A stretch of DNA of 64,000 bases from the human T2T-CHM13v2.0 reference genome, Homo sapiens. The notes beneath the pieces are model-generated. The model was given only the letters and a program-made list of their open reading frames with translations, searched no databases and had not been told where the DNA came from. Positions 25,663 to 39,750 of the stretch are shown here, piece after piece. The stretch lies in assembly GCF_009914755.1 (NCBI RefSeq), contig NC_060939.1; one strand, written 5' to 3'. The translations under genes were made by a program, and so were the position numbers. Each line of letters opens with the position of its first letter. The first letter of the stretch is position 1.

Positions 25663-28640
25663 TTTATTTTTATTTATTTTTTTAATACTTTAAGTACTGG
25701 GGTACAAGTGCAGTATGTGCAGGTTTGTTACATAGGTATACAGGTGCCATGGTGGTTTGCTGCACCCATCAACCGGTCATTTACCTTAGGTGTTTCTCCT
25801 AATGCTATCCCTTCCCTAGCTCCCTACCCCCACCCCCCGCCGACAGGCCCCAGTGTGTGATATTCCCCACCCTGTGTCCATGTGTTCTCATTGTTCAGTT
25901 CCCACCTGTGAGTGAGAACATGTGTTTGGTTTTCTGATCTTGAGTTAGTTTGCTGAGAATGATGGTCTCCAGCTTCATCCATGTCCCTGCAAAGGACATG
26001 AACTCATCCTTTTTTATGGTTGCATGGTATTCCATGGTGTATATGTGCCACATTTTCTTTATCCAGTCGATCAGTGATGGGCATTTGGGTTGGTTCCAAG
26101 TCTTTGCTGTTGTGAACAGTGCCACAATAAACATACGTGTGCATGAGTCTCTGTGGTAGAATGATTTATAATCCTTTGGGTATATACCCAGTAATAGGAT
26201 AGCTGGGTCAAATGGTATTTCTGGTTCTAGATCCTTGAGGAATCACCACACTGTCTTCCACAATGGTTGAACTAATATACACTCCCACCAACAGTGTAAA
26301 AGCGTTCCTATTTCTCCACATCCTCTTCAGTATCTGTTGTTTCTTGACTTTTTAATGATTGCCATTCTAACTGGCATCTCATTGTGGTTTTGATTTGCAT
26401 TTCTCTAATGACCAGTGATGATAAGCATTTTTTCATATGTCTGTTGGCTGCATAAATGTCTTCTTTTGAGAAGTGTCTGTTCATATCCTTTGCCCACTCT
26501 TCGATGGGGTTGTTTGTTGTTTTCTTGTAAATGTGTTTAAGTTCTTTGTAGATTCTGGATATTAGCCCTTTGTCAGATGGATAGATTGCAAAAATTTTCT
26601 CACATTCTGTAGGCTGCCTGTTCACTCTGATGATAGTTTCTTTTGCTGTGCGGAATCTCGTTAGTTTAATTAGATCTCGTTTGTCAATTGTGGCTTTTGT
26701 TGCCATTGCTTTTGGTGTTTTAGTCATGAAGTCTTTGCCCATGCCTATGTCCTGAATGGTATTGCCTAGGTTTTCTTCTAGGGTTTTTATGGTTTTAGGT
26801 CTTACATTTAAGTCTTTAATCCATCTTGAGTTAATTTTTGTATAAGGTGTAAGGTAGGGATCCAGTTTCAGTTTTCTGCCTATGGCTAGCCAGTTTTCCC
26901 AACACCATTTATTAAATAGAGAATCCTTTCCCCATTGCTTGTTTTTGTCAGGTTTGTCAAAGATCAGATGGTTGTAGATGTGCGGTGTTATTTCTGAGGC
27001 CTCTATTCTGTTCCATTGGTCTATATATCTGTTTTGGTAGCAGTACCATGGTGTTTTGGTTACTGTAGCCTTGTAGTATAGTTTGAAGTCAAGTAGCATG
27101 ACGCCTCCAGCTTTGTTCTTTTTGCTTAGGATTGTTTTGGCTGTGCAGGCTCTTTTTTGGTTCCATATAAAATTTAAAGTAGTTTTTTCCAATTCTGTGA
27201 AAGTCAATGGTAGCTTGATGGGGATAGCATTGAATCTACAAATTACTTTGGGCAGTATGGCCATTTTCATAATATTTATTCTTCCTATCAATCAGCATGG
27301 AATGTCTTTCCGTTTGTTCTTTCCTCTCTTATTTCCTTGAGCAGTAGTTCGTAGTTCTCCTTGAAGAAGTCCTTCACAACCCTTGTAAGATGTATCCCTG
27401 GGTATTTTATTCTCTTTGTAGCAATTGTGAATGGGAGTTCACTCATGACTTGGCTCCCGGTTTGTCTACTATTGGTGTATAGGAATGCTTGTGATTTTTG
27501 CACATTGATTTTGTATCATGAGACTTCGCTGAAGTTGCTTATCAGCTTAAGGAGATTTTGGGCTGAGGTGATGGGGTTTTCTAAATATACAATCATGTCA
27601 TCTGCAAACAGAGACAATTTGACTTCCTCTCTTCCTATTTCAATACCCTTTATTTCTTCCTCTTGCCTGATTGCCCTGGACAGAATTTCCAATACTGTGT
27701 TGAATAGGAGTGGTGAGAGAGGGCATCCTTGTCTTGTGGCAGTTTTCAAAAGGAATGCTTCCAGTTTTTGCCCATTCAGTATGATATTGGCTGTGGGTTT
27801 GTCATAAATAGCTCTTATTATTTTGAGATACATTCCATCGATACCTAGTTTATTGAGAGTTTTTAGCATGAAGGGCTTTGAATTTTGTTGAAGGCCATTT
27901 CTGTATCTATTGAGATAATCATGTGGATTTCATCATTGGTTCTGTTTATGTCATGGATAACGTTTATTGATTTGTGTATGTTGAGCCAGCCTTGCATCCC
28001 AGGGGTGAAGCTGACTTGATCATGGTGGATAAGCTTTTTGATGTGCTGCTGGATTGGGTTTGCCGGTACTTTATTGAGAATTTTCGCATTGATGTTCATC
28101 AGGGATATTGGCCTAAAATTTTCTTTTTTTTTTCTTGTGTCTCTGCCAGGTTTTGGTATTAGGATGATGCTGGCCTCATAAAATGAGTTAGCATTCCCTC
28201 TTTTTCTGTTGTTTGGAATAGTTTCAGAAGGAATGCTACTAGCTCCTCTTTGTACCTTTGGTAGAATTTGGCTGTGAATCCGTCTGGTCCTGGACTTTTT
28301 TTTGGTTGGTAGGCTATTAATTATTGCCTCAATTTCAGAGCCTGTTATTGGTCTATTCAGGGATTCAAATTCTTCCTGGTTTAGTCTTGGGAGGGTGTAT
28401 GTGTCCAGGAATTTACCCATTTCTTCCAGATTTTCCAGTGTATTTGCGTAGAGGTGTTTATAGTATTCTCTGATGGTAGTTTGTATTTCTGTGGGATCGG
28501 TGGTGATATCCCCTTTATCATTTTTTTCTAGCATCTATTTCATCTTCTCTCTTGTATTTATTAGCCTGGCTAGTGGTCTATTTTGTTGATCTTTTCAAAA
28601 AAAAACAGCTCCTGGATTCATTTTTTTAAAAAGGGTTTTT
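25663..28640 (-). mobile_element. 5'-truncated L1, L1PA7-like (3'UTR plus ~2.7 kb of ORF2)
   Basis: ORF track gives ORF2 RT and C-terminal pieces ([20 protein letters not shown], 327-aa C-terminal frame) broken by frameshifts; PA7-type 3'UTR. Confidence 0.95.
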
Positions 28641-28796
28641 TTTTTAATTTTAAAGCTTAAAATTTTTTTAAATTGGCTCTTGACCAAATCAGCTACAATT
28701 GTTCAGGATATTCAGTTACTGTATATGAATCATTTCATTTCCTGCTGGTAACCTACACATTGCAATTAACCTTCAAAACACAGAGTTTTACATTAA

Positions 28797-29093
28797 AGCC
28801 TGGGCGTGGTGGCTCATGCTTGTAATCCTAGTGCTTTGGGAGACCAAGATGGGAAGATTGCTTGAGGCCAGGAGTTCAGGACCAGCCTGAGAAGCATATT
28901 GAGACCCTGTCTCTACAAAAATAAAAATAAAGTTAACCAGGTTGGTGGTGTGCACCTGTAGTTCTAGCTACTCAGGAGGCTAAGGCAGGAAGATCACTTG
29001 AGTCCAGGAGCTCGAGGTTACAGTAGGCTCTGATCACGCCACTGTAGTCCAGTCTGGGTGACAGAGCAAGACTCTGTCTCTAAAACAAACAAA
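28797..29093 (+). mobile_element. Alu, AluJ-type
   Basis: gattgcttgaggccaggag and gaccctgtctctacaaaa J features; TSD agtttt(ac/gt)attaaa. Confidence 0.9.
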
Positions 29094-30649
29094 CCCCATA
29101 GTTTTGTATTAAAAAATGAAAATCATATGCAGTTTACACATACAATGTAAAAATACTCGAGGACATTTGAGGAAAAAATGAAAATCGCAATTAAAAAATA
29201 TTCAGATCCCAATAGAGTGTGGTTTTCAAACTATATCACTTTTAAGTTATATAACAATTGGTCCTCTGTGATTGGTAAGTAAAGAGACTGTTTAAATGTC
29301 ATACTTTTTTAGGTTTAAAAAAGTAATTATTTTGTTAATTACTCTCTAGGAGTGCTTGTTCCTACACTGTGTTAATACCCACTTGTCTCCATTATCATGA
29401 AGGATGTGTGCTCATAAAAATTTAATGAAGATCTGCCTGTCCATAAACCTCACAAAAACACAGCTTTTTCTTATTCTATTCAGGTGAGGAAACAAAATTT
29501 TTTTTTAAATAATGAGCTCAACATTGCATAAATACGCTTGGTAATTTTGGAGGGTTGGGTGGGGTAAAGAGAAAGGGATGGTGAATGGTGAGGAAAATAA
29601 AAGAGAGAAACAGAAAGCCCATCCCACCACACCCACAAATGGATATAATGGGAGAGTAAGAACTGCAGGACTGTGGATACCAAGAAACACCTTTGAGCAC
29701 TGTGACAAGAACGCCTTTCCCTTCCTGACACTCTGACCTCCTGGCTTCGAGGATGAGGTATTCTTTGACTGTCCAACTCAGACAGGTTCATGTTCTTTTC
29801 ACCATGGATTCCTGCAGGTCAATCCTCCACACTCTGCAACGGTTCTTCCAAAAGACCCCTCCTTCACTGTGATGTTGGCTTCTGCTTCCCGATAATGGCT
29901 CTTTCTTATATCAATACATTTCTGTGTCACCCAGCGTCACCCCAAGCGTACCACATATTCAGCTGCCTTCAGATGACTTTCAGTGGGATGCTCTGCCCTC
30001 ACTGGAATATAAATGAATTAATATAAACCAAGCACCTACTATGTGCAAGCTGCCATGTGGGATGTATTTTAACCTTTTACATCATCAGAGTTAATTGGAG
30101 GAAATGCAGAACAGGATTGTCTCATAGAGAGGGAGCTGGGGGTGGACCCCACCTGGGCAGAGCATATGTGCATGGGACCCATTTACTGCTTTCATCACTT
30201 GCCTTCGTGGGATGGAGCCACATCTGGATCCCATCACAATTATGAAAGGTGCAGGCTTCATGCTTGCTCCAAAGCTGAGCTCTGATTTCACAACCAGCTT
30301 GGAGAAGCAGGAGGCAAGTAAATACTTCCTGTTCCATTTGTAATCAACATGCACTTGACATCAATAAACTGGGATAATTACATTATCATTATCATTACCA
30401 TCATTATTATTGGACAAATCAAGGAGACATTAATAGAGGTCTCCACAGAAGACTCTTGTGACAGATGGGACTAAATTGGAGCAGAGGGTCAGGGGATGCC
30501 ATTTGTCTGTTTCCTTAGCCAAGTAGATGACAGAACTTTTTAAAGGCTCTTAAAAAGCTCTGGAGATTGAACCAATACAATAACAATCAGTTGCTCTCAT
30601 TGTTTTTTCCACATAAAAACAACAATATCTCTAGGCCTTGAAGACTTTC

Positions 30650-30810
30650 TGGAATTGTAGAATGTTAGAAGAGAAGGAGACCTTAGAGACCATCAGGTCC
30701 AAGCCTCCTCTGTCTGTCTTTGCCGTCGAGGAAATTAACTGAGTCCCCAGGGACTTTTCGGTGCGTTAGCTTGTAGAAGAACTCAAACTAGAACTCTGGA
30801 CTTGGCTTTT
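30650..30810 (-). mobile_element. MIR3/MIRc SINE
   Basis: tagaatgttagaagagaaggagaccttagagaccatcaggtccaagcc. Confidence 0.65.
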
Positions 30811-31339
30811 CCATTTCATCCCTCACTGGTTAAGAAGACTTTAACCAGGCCACCCTCACCCTTAAAGGACAATTTCCTAACTGGAATTATACTTTTTAAT
30901 GGCTCAAAATTCTTCACTTTGGGTCTTAGGCTTCTGTCTATAGTCCATTATCTGATGTAACATAAATATTTGGGAAACAGATACTCAGGCTTTACCTTGA
31001 AAACAGAATTGGGACTAGTGAACTTTACAGCAGATCAGTTCTACTGAAAAGTCTTTAGATAGTATGGGTTGTTAGACTCTGGCAAGAATTGTGGAGAGGT
31101 TTTTCCTTTCTGACAAATCTATATATTGGGTATTTAATCTACTGTTTCTTGGATGATTTCCCAGTCATGAGATGAAGAAGCTCAAGAGATTGAAGGGATG
31201 GGGATGGAGAGAGGCATGCAGATTATTTTGTCTTCTCTAGTATTTTGTATGATATCTCACCTGTGATCCTGCTGTGTTTTTGGAATTTTTTCTCTGCGTA
31301 GCGGATAAGTCACCTGTTCAATGGAGCTACCCAGTACAT

Positions 31340-31340
<1 letters not shown>

Positions 31341-31392
<52 letters not shown>
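31341..31392. repeat. (CA)26 perfect microsatellite
   Basis: Direct count. Confidence 0.97.
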
Positions 31393-31394
<2 letters not shown>

Positions 31395-31892
31395 ATCTCT
31401 TTTAGGCTTCCTTCAACTTCTTTACTTTTTATTCCATCATCACAAATGTTCAAAGAGAAGCAAAACCACCTAGGATCTATATACTCAAAGTGGTCTCTGG
31501 TGTCCCAAGGCACAGTTGGAAACCAGTACGTGGGATCATCCCTGGATGTATCTTTAACACTTTGAGTCTTTGATTAATAAACACTGTTAATTGTAAAATT
31601 ATTTAAATGATGATTTTTTAAACCAAATATGAGTAATAAGCAAGTACGTCCCCAGAGGGACCACCCAAGTCACTTCTTTGGTGAGCATTTTAAAAGAAAT
31701 ATGAGTGTTATTTTGTAGCTGCAATAATCAAGCAGGTCAAAGTGACCCTTTTCAAAGGCAGATTTTCTGTTCAGAAAAAGGGACAAAGGAAGTAGTCCAG
31801 GGTGGCTGCTCAAAAGAACTGGCTGGGTAAAAGGAGAGAAGTGTTCTGCTCCAAATTTGGATCTTGGGCTCATTTCATTCAATTGTCTCAAC

Positions 31893-31900
31893 TTTCTTTT

Positions 31901-31970
<70 letters not shown>

Positions 31971-32018
31971 TTCTTTCCTTCCTTCCTTCCTTCCTTCCTT
32001 CCTTCCTTCCTTTCTTTC
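31893..32018. repeat. Compound (TTTC)n(TTCC)n microsatellite grown from an Alu tail
   Basis: Read directly; abuts a minus-strand Alu. Confidence 0.95.
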
Positions 32019-32322
32019 ATTTTGTTTTGTTTTTTTGATACAGGGGCTTGCCCTTTACCCAGGTTGGAGTGCTAAGGCTGAATCATGGCTTTCTGCATCC
32101 TTAGCCTCCGGATGGTTCTCCAGGTGGTTCTCCCACCGCAGTTTCCCAGGGAGCTGGGACTATAGGCAGGCACCACCATGCCTGGCTAATGTTTTAGATT
32201 TTTTATAGAGATGGAGTCTCCCATGTTGCCCAGGCTGGTCTTTAATTCCTGAACTCAAACGATCCTTCCATCTTGGCCTCCCAAAGTGTTGGGATTACAG
32301 GTATGAGCCACTGCACCTGGCA
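32019..32322 (-). mobile_element. Alu, AluJ-type
   Basis: Reverse Alu dimer (…ctcaaacgatcc…ttggcctcccaaagtgttgggattacaggtatgagccactgcacctgg). Confidence 0.9.
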
Positions 32323-33559
32323 ACTCACCTTTCTTGTATGAGGCGACCTTCTGATTTTCCTCAACATCTTGCTGATTTATTATAAATAAGGGTTATTAAT
32401 AAGAACTCTTCCTGGAGGAATAGCAGAATTATGTAATGTCTTCCCAAGTGGCCAGCTTCGCATTGTAGCTCCCCTTCCTCCAATTCAGGGCAGAAACAAG
32501 AAATCTAACTGAATAATACTAACAGAATCTAACTGTTTATTCAACCCAAAAAAACTTGGCTTCAGGGCCTGCCAAGATTTTAACAGTGCCAGAGGCAAGG
32601 AGGTAAGAAACCAGAAAGGAAAAGGATGAAAGAGATTTGTAAGATGTGGGCAAGCAAAGGAAGAAAATGGCGCACACAGCCAGTGAGCTTCCTGCCTCTC
32701 CAGACCTTATTTGTGAAATCTGAGCACCTGCTCCCCCAACACATGGAGCCAGGATACAAAACGGATGGAAAAGAAGAAAACTTCAAGCCATTTCCTGACT
32801 TCCCCAATGTGGTCCCACCTTTTAGCAGACTGTCCCCAAACCAGACAGGTGTGAGCAAGATTTCCTTTACACTGTGTCTTGTTCCCCAGCCCTTGCTCGT
32901 TGAGTTCAGAGGGGCCACATACTGCAAAGGACCCCAAGAGGTCATTTGGTTGATCCCTCTGCCTTCAGGCAGCATGATGCCTGAAGATTGCAAACTTTGT
33001 TTTGAAATATTCTAGGCAGAAATTTTACAAAAACCCTGTTGGTGGTCTGTTTCCAAAATGTTTTCCACTCAGGATCAAGAAAGAAGAGATAATTTATTAA
33101 AAAAAAATACTGGTTTCTGTTGCTTCCCTATGCTCTTCTGTCTATTCTCTCCTGGATTTTCTCCCAGCCCTAAGAGACAGGCAGGGCAAGTAGGTTATCT
33201 TCATTACTTGGGGATTGGGGGATTAAACAGTTGGTCTAAGTCACTGAGCCTTGCCACATAGGTCTCGCTGCTTGTTGATGACTTAGTTCAGTTCCTCCTC
33301 ACTGCAGTACTGTCCCTGACCTCCTGGATTCTCACAGGAGAGAAGGTACATCTCCATTTCACTGGGAGAGAGCAGAGCTTCAAGAGTGATAGTACCTTCC
33401 AGGAGCTTCTTACCTGGAGTAAGAAGCTTCAAGAGAAGAGTAGGTAAGTCCACTGCTTTGCAGTGAAGCAGCAGAGAACTTGAACACCAGCTGAGGTGGT
33501 ACTTCTTGGGATTCAGTCTGGAATTGTGGAGAACAGAAAAGGAAGTGGACAGTGGCCAT

Positions 33560-34100
<541 letters not shown>

Positions 34101-34299
34101 GATTTCATGGATGAGAAAGTGGAAGACCAGGTCTTGAGATGACTTCTCAAGGTCCCACAACTGTAGACTAGCCTTAGTGACACAAGAGACCAGATCTTGT
34201 GACTCTCTGAACAATCATCTTTCTATGTCATCAAAGTACTGAGAAGTGAAAAGAAGGTTAAAATGCAGAAACAGTGAGTGTGGGGAACAAAAGAAAAAA

Positions 34300-35220
34300 T
34301 ATTTGCTGTGAAGGGATATGAATTTCCATAGTAGTTAAAAGATGTCTGGGAATGAAGAGAGGCTACTTGTTTAATTTTAAGATAGAAAGTTGTTTATGGG
34401 GTAAGAGGATGGAGACAGTGAAGGGGGGTGAGGTTGAATAAAAATAGGGGGCAGGAAAGAAAAAAGAGGGACTAATTAGTGGAGCAAGTACCTGGAGAAA
34501 AAAGGAGGGTTTGTGCTATGGGACTCAGGCAAAGGGATTAGCCTTGGATGTCAGAGGGACATTGCCTCCTTTGAGATCAACAAGAAAGAGGTAAAGGTGG
34601 TGTTGGATGCAGACAGCTTCTAGTTGGGAGTCAAGGGAGGCTACCTGAGAGTGGGGTCAAAGTCATCCACCAAGCAAGAGGGGTAAGGGTTGGCAGGGGG
34701 TTGGAGGAAAGCAGTGAAGATTTTCATTGGCTACAGTGGGAGTGGGACAGAGCATTACCCGGGAGATGAGGAGGTTTGCTGAGCAGAAGGGAAGGCTCAT
34801 GCTACTTAGAGGCAGCCAGTGAGGAGTGATTTCCATCCAAGGTAATGGAATTTTTTCTAGCATCACTTAGAAACCCAGGTTCAGGCTGGTTGGGGTAACC
34901 CAAAGTTGGAAGTTTTCAGGAAGGAGTACATAAGGAGGAGGTATAAAAGAAAAAATGTTGAAGTTGCTGGTAAGAAGAATCTAGACTGAGAGAGGAAGAA
35001 ATAGAACCAGGAGGAGACTGATAGACAGGGAGAAATGGAGGAGTCAAGAAGCTGATGTCATGAAGAAGGTGAAGGACTGATGGTCCAAAGTGAGCATGTT
35101 GTGTTCAGACACTGAGATGCATGGGTTTGAGAATTTAGAGGTGGAGCATTTCACACTGGGAGATGATAAAGTCTCCAGTGTGGCCTCATAACTGGGTGGC
35201 TAAAGAGGAGTGTAATGTGA
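34300..35220 (-). mobile_element. L2 internal fragment (L2c-like)
   Basis: Purine-rich antisense L2 motifs (tttgctgtgaaggg…gagaatttagaggtggagcattt…gtgtggcc…gggtggct). Confidence 0.65.
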
Positions 35221-35589
35221 GACCAACAATTTACCCACAGATCATTCTTTGGGAAACTGGGGGTTCTACCCAGATCCCACTTAGTGTGGGGAGTATAGTG
35301 GTCTTACCTCTTACTCTTCTCTTGTGATCATAATTAAAATTCAAATTTCTATCATTAATGTTGTCATGGGGGTCCTATGACAGATGCTGACAGTCAATAC
35401 AACCTTTGCAAATATGATTTTCTTGGACCTACTCTGCATTGGTGGGTTGATTCAGGCCTGATCCAACCCTTCCAGAGTAGGCGCTGCCCAGATTCCCATT
35501 TCTAGCAAAGGTACTAAGAGGGTGTTTTTTTGGAGGGAGCAGTGCGGGGGTGGTTTCCTTGATTGTAATCTTGAAATCGTAAGGGTTTG

Positions 35590-35900
35590 TATCAAAGAAT
35601 CATAGCATCTCCTAATAATTATTTAAGTATTACATGTAAATTAATCTAAACTTTTCTTGAATCCAGTTGTGTTTTCAGCAAGTACTCTATACTTCTGGGG
35701 TAATATATTACATACATTTTTATCATCTACGAGTAAAGTAATAGTTTATTTTACTTGCACTAATTTGTCTCTTTCAAGCTTCAAAAGATATTGTTAACTT
35801 TAGAATTTTGGATTCACACATTTCATGATTTTACAGACTGTTTTTCCCTAGCCTTCAACTTTGCAGAGTTGAGAACCAATATTTTTGTTTGTTCACATCC
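35590..35900 (-). mobile_element. Ancient CR1/L3-like fragment
   Basis: atctaaacttttcttgaatcc…ctttcaagcttcaaaag…catgattttacagac…agccttc matches antisense CR1-type 3' sequence. Confidence 0.5.
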
Positions 35901-35954
35901 AGCCCAGCTTCCTTCATCATACGTCCTTCTCTGAGATTGTTGTTAGGATAGCGA

Positions 35955-36130
35955 TGACAATGACTTTATAATTAGCTTTACAGCTTTCACATTATTTTAT
36001 TATGACTCATCTTATTTGAGCCCCACTGTAATCCTAAGAGTTAGGAAGAGCATCTTTCTCATTGTACAGATCAGAGAGAGGTGAGGTGACTTTCCCAAGA
36101 ATATACTTATGACTCAAAATTCTGTACTCT
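35955..36130 (-). mobile_element. MIR SINE
   Basis: tcttatttgagccccac…gagaggtgaggtgactttcccaag. Confidence 0.65.
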
Positions 36131-36149
36131 CCCTGTACCCCAAGTACTA

Positions 36150-36315
36150 TAGCACTGTAGTTAGGAGCACTAACTTGGAAATTCTATGGACTTGGAAATA
36201 TTATTTAAGTTCTACAAGTCTGAATATTCTCATCAATAAAATTAGGAGAGAAGTTTGTATCCTTGAAAGGCTTATGTGGATTAAATGAGATAATATCTAG
36301 GAATGCTCAGTCCAT
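36150..36315 (+). mobile_element. MIR SINE, head-to-head with the previous copy
   Basis: gtagttaggagcac…ttatttaag…tctcatcaataaaat…ggattaaatgagataat. Confidence 0.65.
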
Positions 36316-36529
36316 CATAGCTACAATTCCAAATCCTTTATGCCTTTCTTAAGAAAACAGAAACAAAATTCCTGGTCGTTTTCCTGAATTACAACAGAGA
36401 CTTTGACATTCATAATTTATTATAGTTTAGAAAATTCTTTCATTAGTTCATTACTTAATGCTTTGCCAGGCTTAGGCTCATTTGTACATTTTCTGCCTCC
36501 TCACATGTCACTACACCACCCAACAACAG

Positions 36530-36989
36530 CAGAAGCCTGTACACAAATGTTTATAGCAGCTTTATAGTTAATTGCCAAAAACTGAAACCTAATTTCCTTC
36601 AACTGATGAACGAGTAGGCAAATTGTGGTAAGTCCATGCAAAGGAACACGAGTTCCTGAGTCAGTCAAAGGAATATACTAGTGATACAACAAAATGGATG
36701 GATCTCAGGTGTATTACACTGAGCCAGACAAATGATACATATTATATGATTCCATTAATGGAAATAGATCAGTGGTTTAAGGACAGGAAACAAATCAGTG
36801 GTTGCCAGGGGCTGAGGAGTGGGGAGAAGTCCACTACAATAGGGCATGAAGAATCATTGAGGATATAGAATCTTTCTATATCTGAATTGTGATGGTAGTT
36901 ATACAACTGTATGTATTTGTCAAAACTCACAAAACTGTGCACTAAAGAGGGTTAAGGTGTGTATATTATACCTTATTTAAAAAAAAAAA
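36530..36989 (+). mobile_element. LINE-1 3' end (L1MC/MD-like) nested in a minus-strand MIR (~36445-37075)
   Basis: ctgtacacaaatgtttatagcagcttta…gtatttgtcaaaactcacaaaactgtgcac…poly-A; the MIR resumes at cagagaggttaagtg. Confidence 0.8.
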
Positions 36990-37169
36990 TCAGAGAGGTT
37001 AAGTGGACCAAGGTCCACAATTATTGAGTGGTGAAATTGTTCTGACTCCAGTGTTTGTATTCTTAAATACCATGGCAGAGGCAGTGGCATTCACATGCCC
37101 AATCCCCCATTCTTTCCCCTGTTATGATGCCTAAAGAGACTGTGTATATTCCATATGATCCCATCACAA

Positions 37170-37342
37170 AAGAGCAGAGCTTCTGTTAGCCTGAGTTCCT
37201 GAATGTCTATGTAAAACAGTGGCCCCACCAACCCATATGGGACAAAGAGCATGTATGGAACATAAAGTTTTGCATGTTAAGCTGCTTAGATTGTGGGGCT
37301 ATTTGTTACTACAGCATAACGTATCCTGTTCTGACTGATAAA
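37170..37342 (+). mobile_element. MaLR LTR 3' part, MLT1J/I-like
   Basis: gcctgagttcctgaatg…gttaagctgcttagattgtggggctatttgttactacagcataac…ctgactgata. Confidence 0.7.
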
Positions 37343-38255
37343 ACCGCTAAACTGCACTCCCCAGTTGCTTCCTTTTGCAAGACCCAAGAATCTCCACAAG
37401 AGTGTTAGGTTAAAACTCTGGAACAGAGGAGGGAAGAAAATTGTTGAGCGTCTTCAATTCCTGATTTGAAAGTACAGGCTTCACTGAGTAAGTGATTGGG
37501 ACTCCCATATAGCTGGACATCATGGATTCATTCTTAAACAGCCGTGAAAAAGTAGTGGCCCAGTTGCAAAGCTCTGCTGGCTGTGGGACTTGGCTTTTTA
37601 TGACTCTGCCCAGGAGCCATTTTCCTTGATATTGAAAAGCTAAGTTCCTCACTGGCAATCTCTCCAACAGCTGAGCCCTTTGGGCAACAAGAGCATCTGG
37701 AGCCTTCTTGTTTGAGACCCAGTGCCCTGGCTGGCTCCTGCACTTGCAGACAATGTTTTCCTGTTGAGGTTGCAATGTTCTGTGGAAAATGTGAAGCAGA
37801 AATTGTTGTGATAAGCCTGGAGCTGAGGGGCCTCTGGGGAGCAGCCCTGGTGAGTTGGGTCACCTCATTTCATGAGGGCCAGCCCTCGGGGAGGCTCCAC
37901 AGGCTTAATTAAAGCCAGCAGGAGCCTGTTTGAAGCAAGGGGAGTAAAAGAGTGAGGGCAGCAAAGAGCAGGCTAAGCCAAACCCACCTCCTCCCATTCT
38001 GGGAGTCCTACAAGCTTGAGCTCAGTCATAACCAGTACACATGATGAGTGAGGGGCAGCACAAGGAACACAGTGGATAAAGACCAGGAAGGCAAATAAGG
38101 GGGTCTGGGCAGGAAGGCAGGGAGGCAGACCCTGGGGAATCTCATCTCTTCTTCTGGAAACTGTTTCCAGTGCAGAGCTGCTAGTAGTCATCTGGGTAAC
38201 CAGCTGGGGTATATGGGTCAGGGGACACAGGAATGCCAAACAGAAGTGCTTATAA

Positions 38256-38570
<315 letters not shown>

Positions 38571-38959
38571 TGACCTCTTTTTGGAAGGTTTACTCACTTG
38601 CCCCAGCCCAGATAAGCCTTTTCCTCCTGCAGGAGTGTCTTTTTTATCTGCACTGTTCATTGACCCCTGCATGGGTAAGTGTGTGGGCAAAAGAGCCCTG
38701 TCTTCTATCTTTGTGTAGCCCTAACCATGGCTGCTCTAGGCCTCATGTTCCGACCTGGCAGGTGCTGCCTCTGGTTTCTGGGGCTATCTGCCTTATAACA
38801 TGCTTTGGGCTGGAGCAGAATGGACAAAGAAGTGATATGTTGCTTGTATTTTTCATCTTTTTCATTTCATAGCCATGTACTTTGGGACTGCTTTTGAGAG
38901 GACTTGGTTTCTAGACCAGCAGAAATGATTAAGAGGTTGAAAACAGGCCTGAATTGACT

Positions 38960-39750
38960 GTGTACATTTATACAGCACTGGAGAGTTTGAAAAACCCTTT
39001 CACATACCTTGTCTCATTTTCACTCTAGTCACCAGACACTCATTAGAACAGGAATTCTTATCCCCATGTTAGATGAAGGAAGGGAGACCCAAGAAAAGTG
39101 AAATCACTCACTAAAGTCACAGGACTAGACCCAGGTTCTGTCTGTGTTTCCAAACTGCTTGAAGGTAACTTGGCTGTTGTCTTTGAGTTGAGGCAGCACT
39201 ATCAGTGGAGAGGATTCCCGAAACTTCCCCATCACTTCAACCAGGAAAGTTCTATTTTTTCTGTCATATATGAGTAATTAGTAAAAAATAATTCTCTTGC
39301 TTTAAAAAATTGTTGAAAATAGCTGCAAAATGTTTAGAGATCACTTTTCTAACTTTTCAGATGAGTAAACAGAGATTCAAAGAGGTAAGTTGATTTGCCC
39401 AAGTTCAGACCGAATACAGGGCCGTGGTGGGGCCAGAACCCATTTCTCTTGCTTCCAAATCAGCTCTTTCTTTGTTACCCAAATGTGTTGTTGAGCCAGA
39501 GTTCTGCAGTGTGTCTCTCCTCCTTCCTAAGCCGAAACATTGTTATCCTTTTTTGCTAGGGTCTAAAAAGGATCTCAGAATTTAGAGTAGGAAGGAGCCC
39601 AGTCCAAAGAATAAAGTCTTACATTTCACCAAGGAACACGAGGCCAGGGAGAAATGACTATTCCTACATTACAGGGGAAGTTAGAAGCAGACATAGGATG
39701 TATCCAGAGCCCCTGGGTTTCCAGGGCAGCAGTCTTCCATTATCTTGTGA
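38960..39750 (-). mobile_element. Three MIR/MIR3 fragments (~38960-39140, 39335-39465, 39575-39745)
   Basis: Repeated cores ttagatgaagga, ttttcagatgagtaaacagagattc…atttgcccaag and aaggaacacgaggccaggg. Confidence 0.65.

Noticed and set aside
26308-28534. 327-, 117- and 223-aa ORFs with RT-like motifs
   Set aside because: These are frameshifted pieces of a 5'-truncated L1 ORF2, neither a host gene nor an active element. The same applies to the ORFs at 55596-56894 and 62277-63710.
31670-32208. KERK- and FLSF-repeat ORFs
   Set aside because: They are translations of the TTTC/TTCC microsatellite and Alu.
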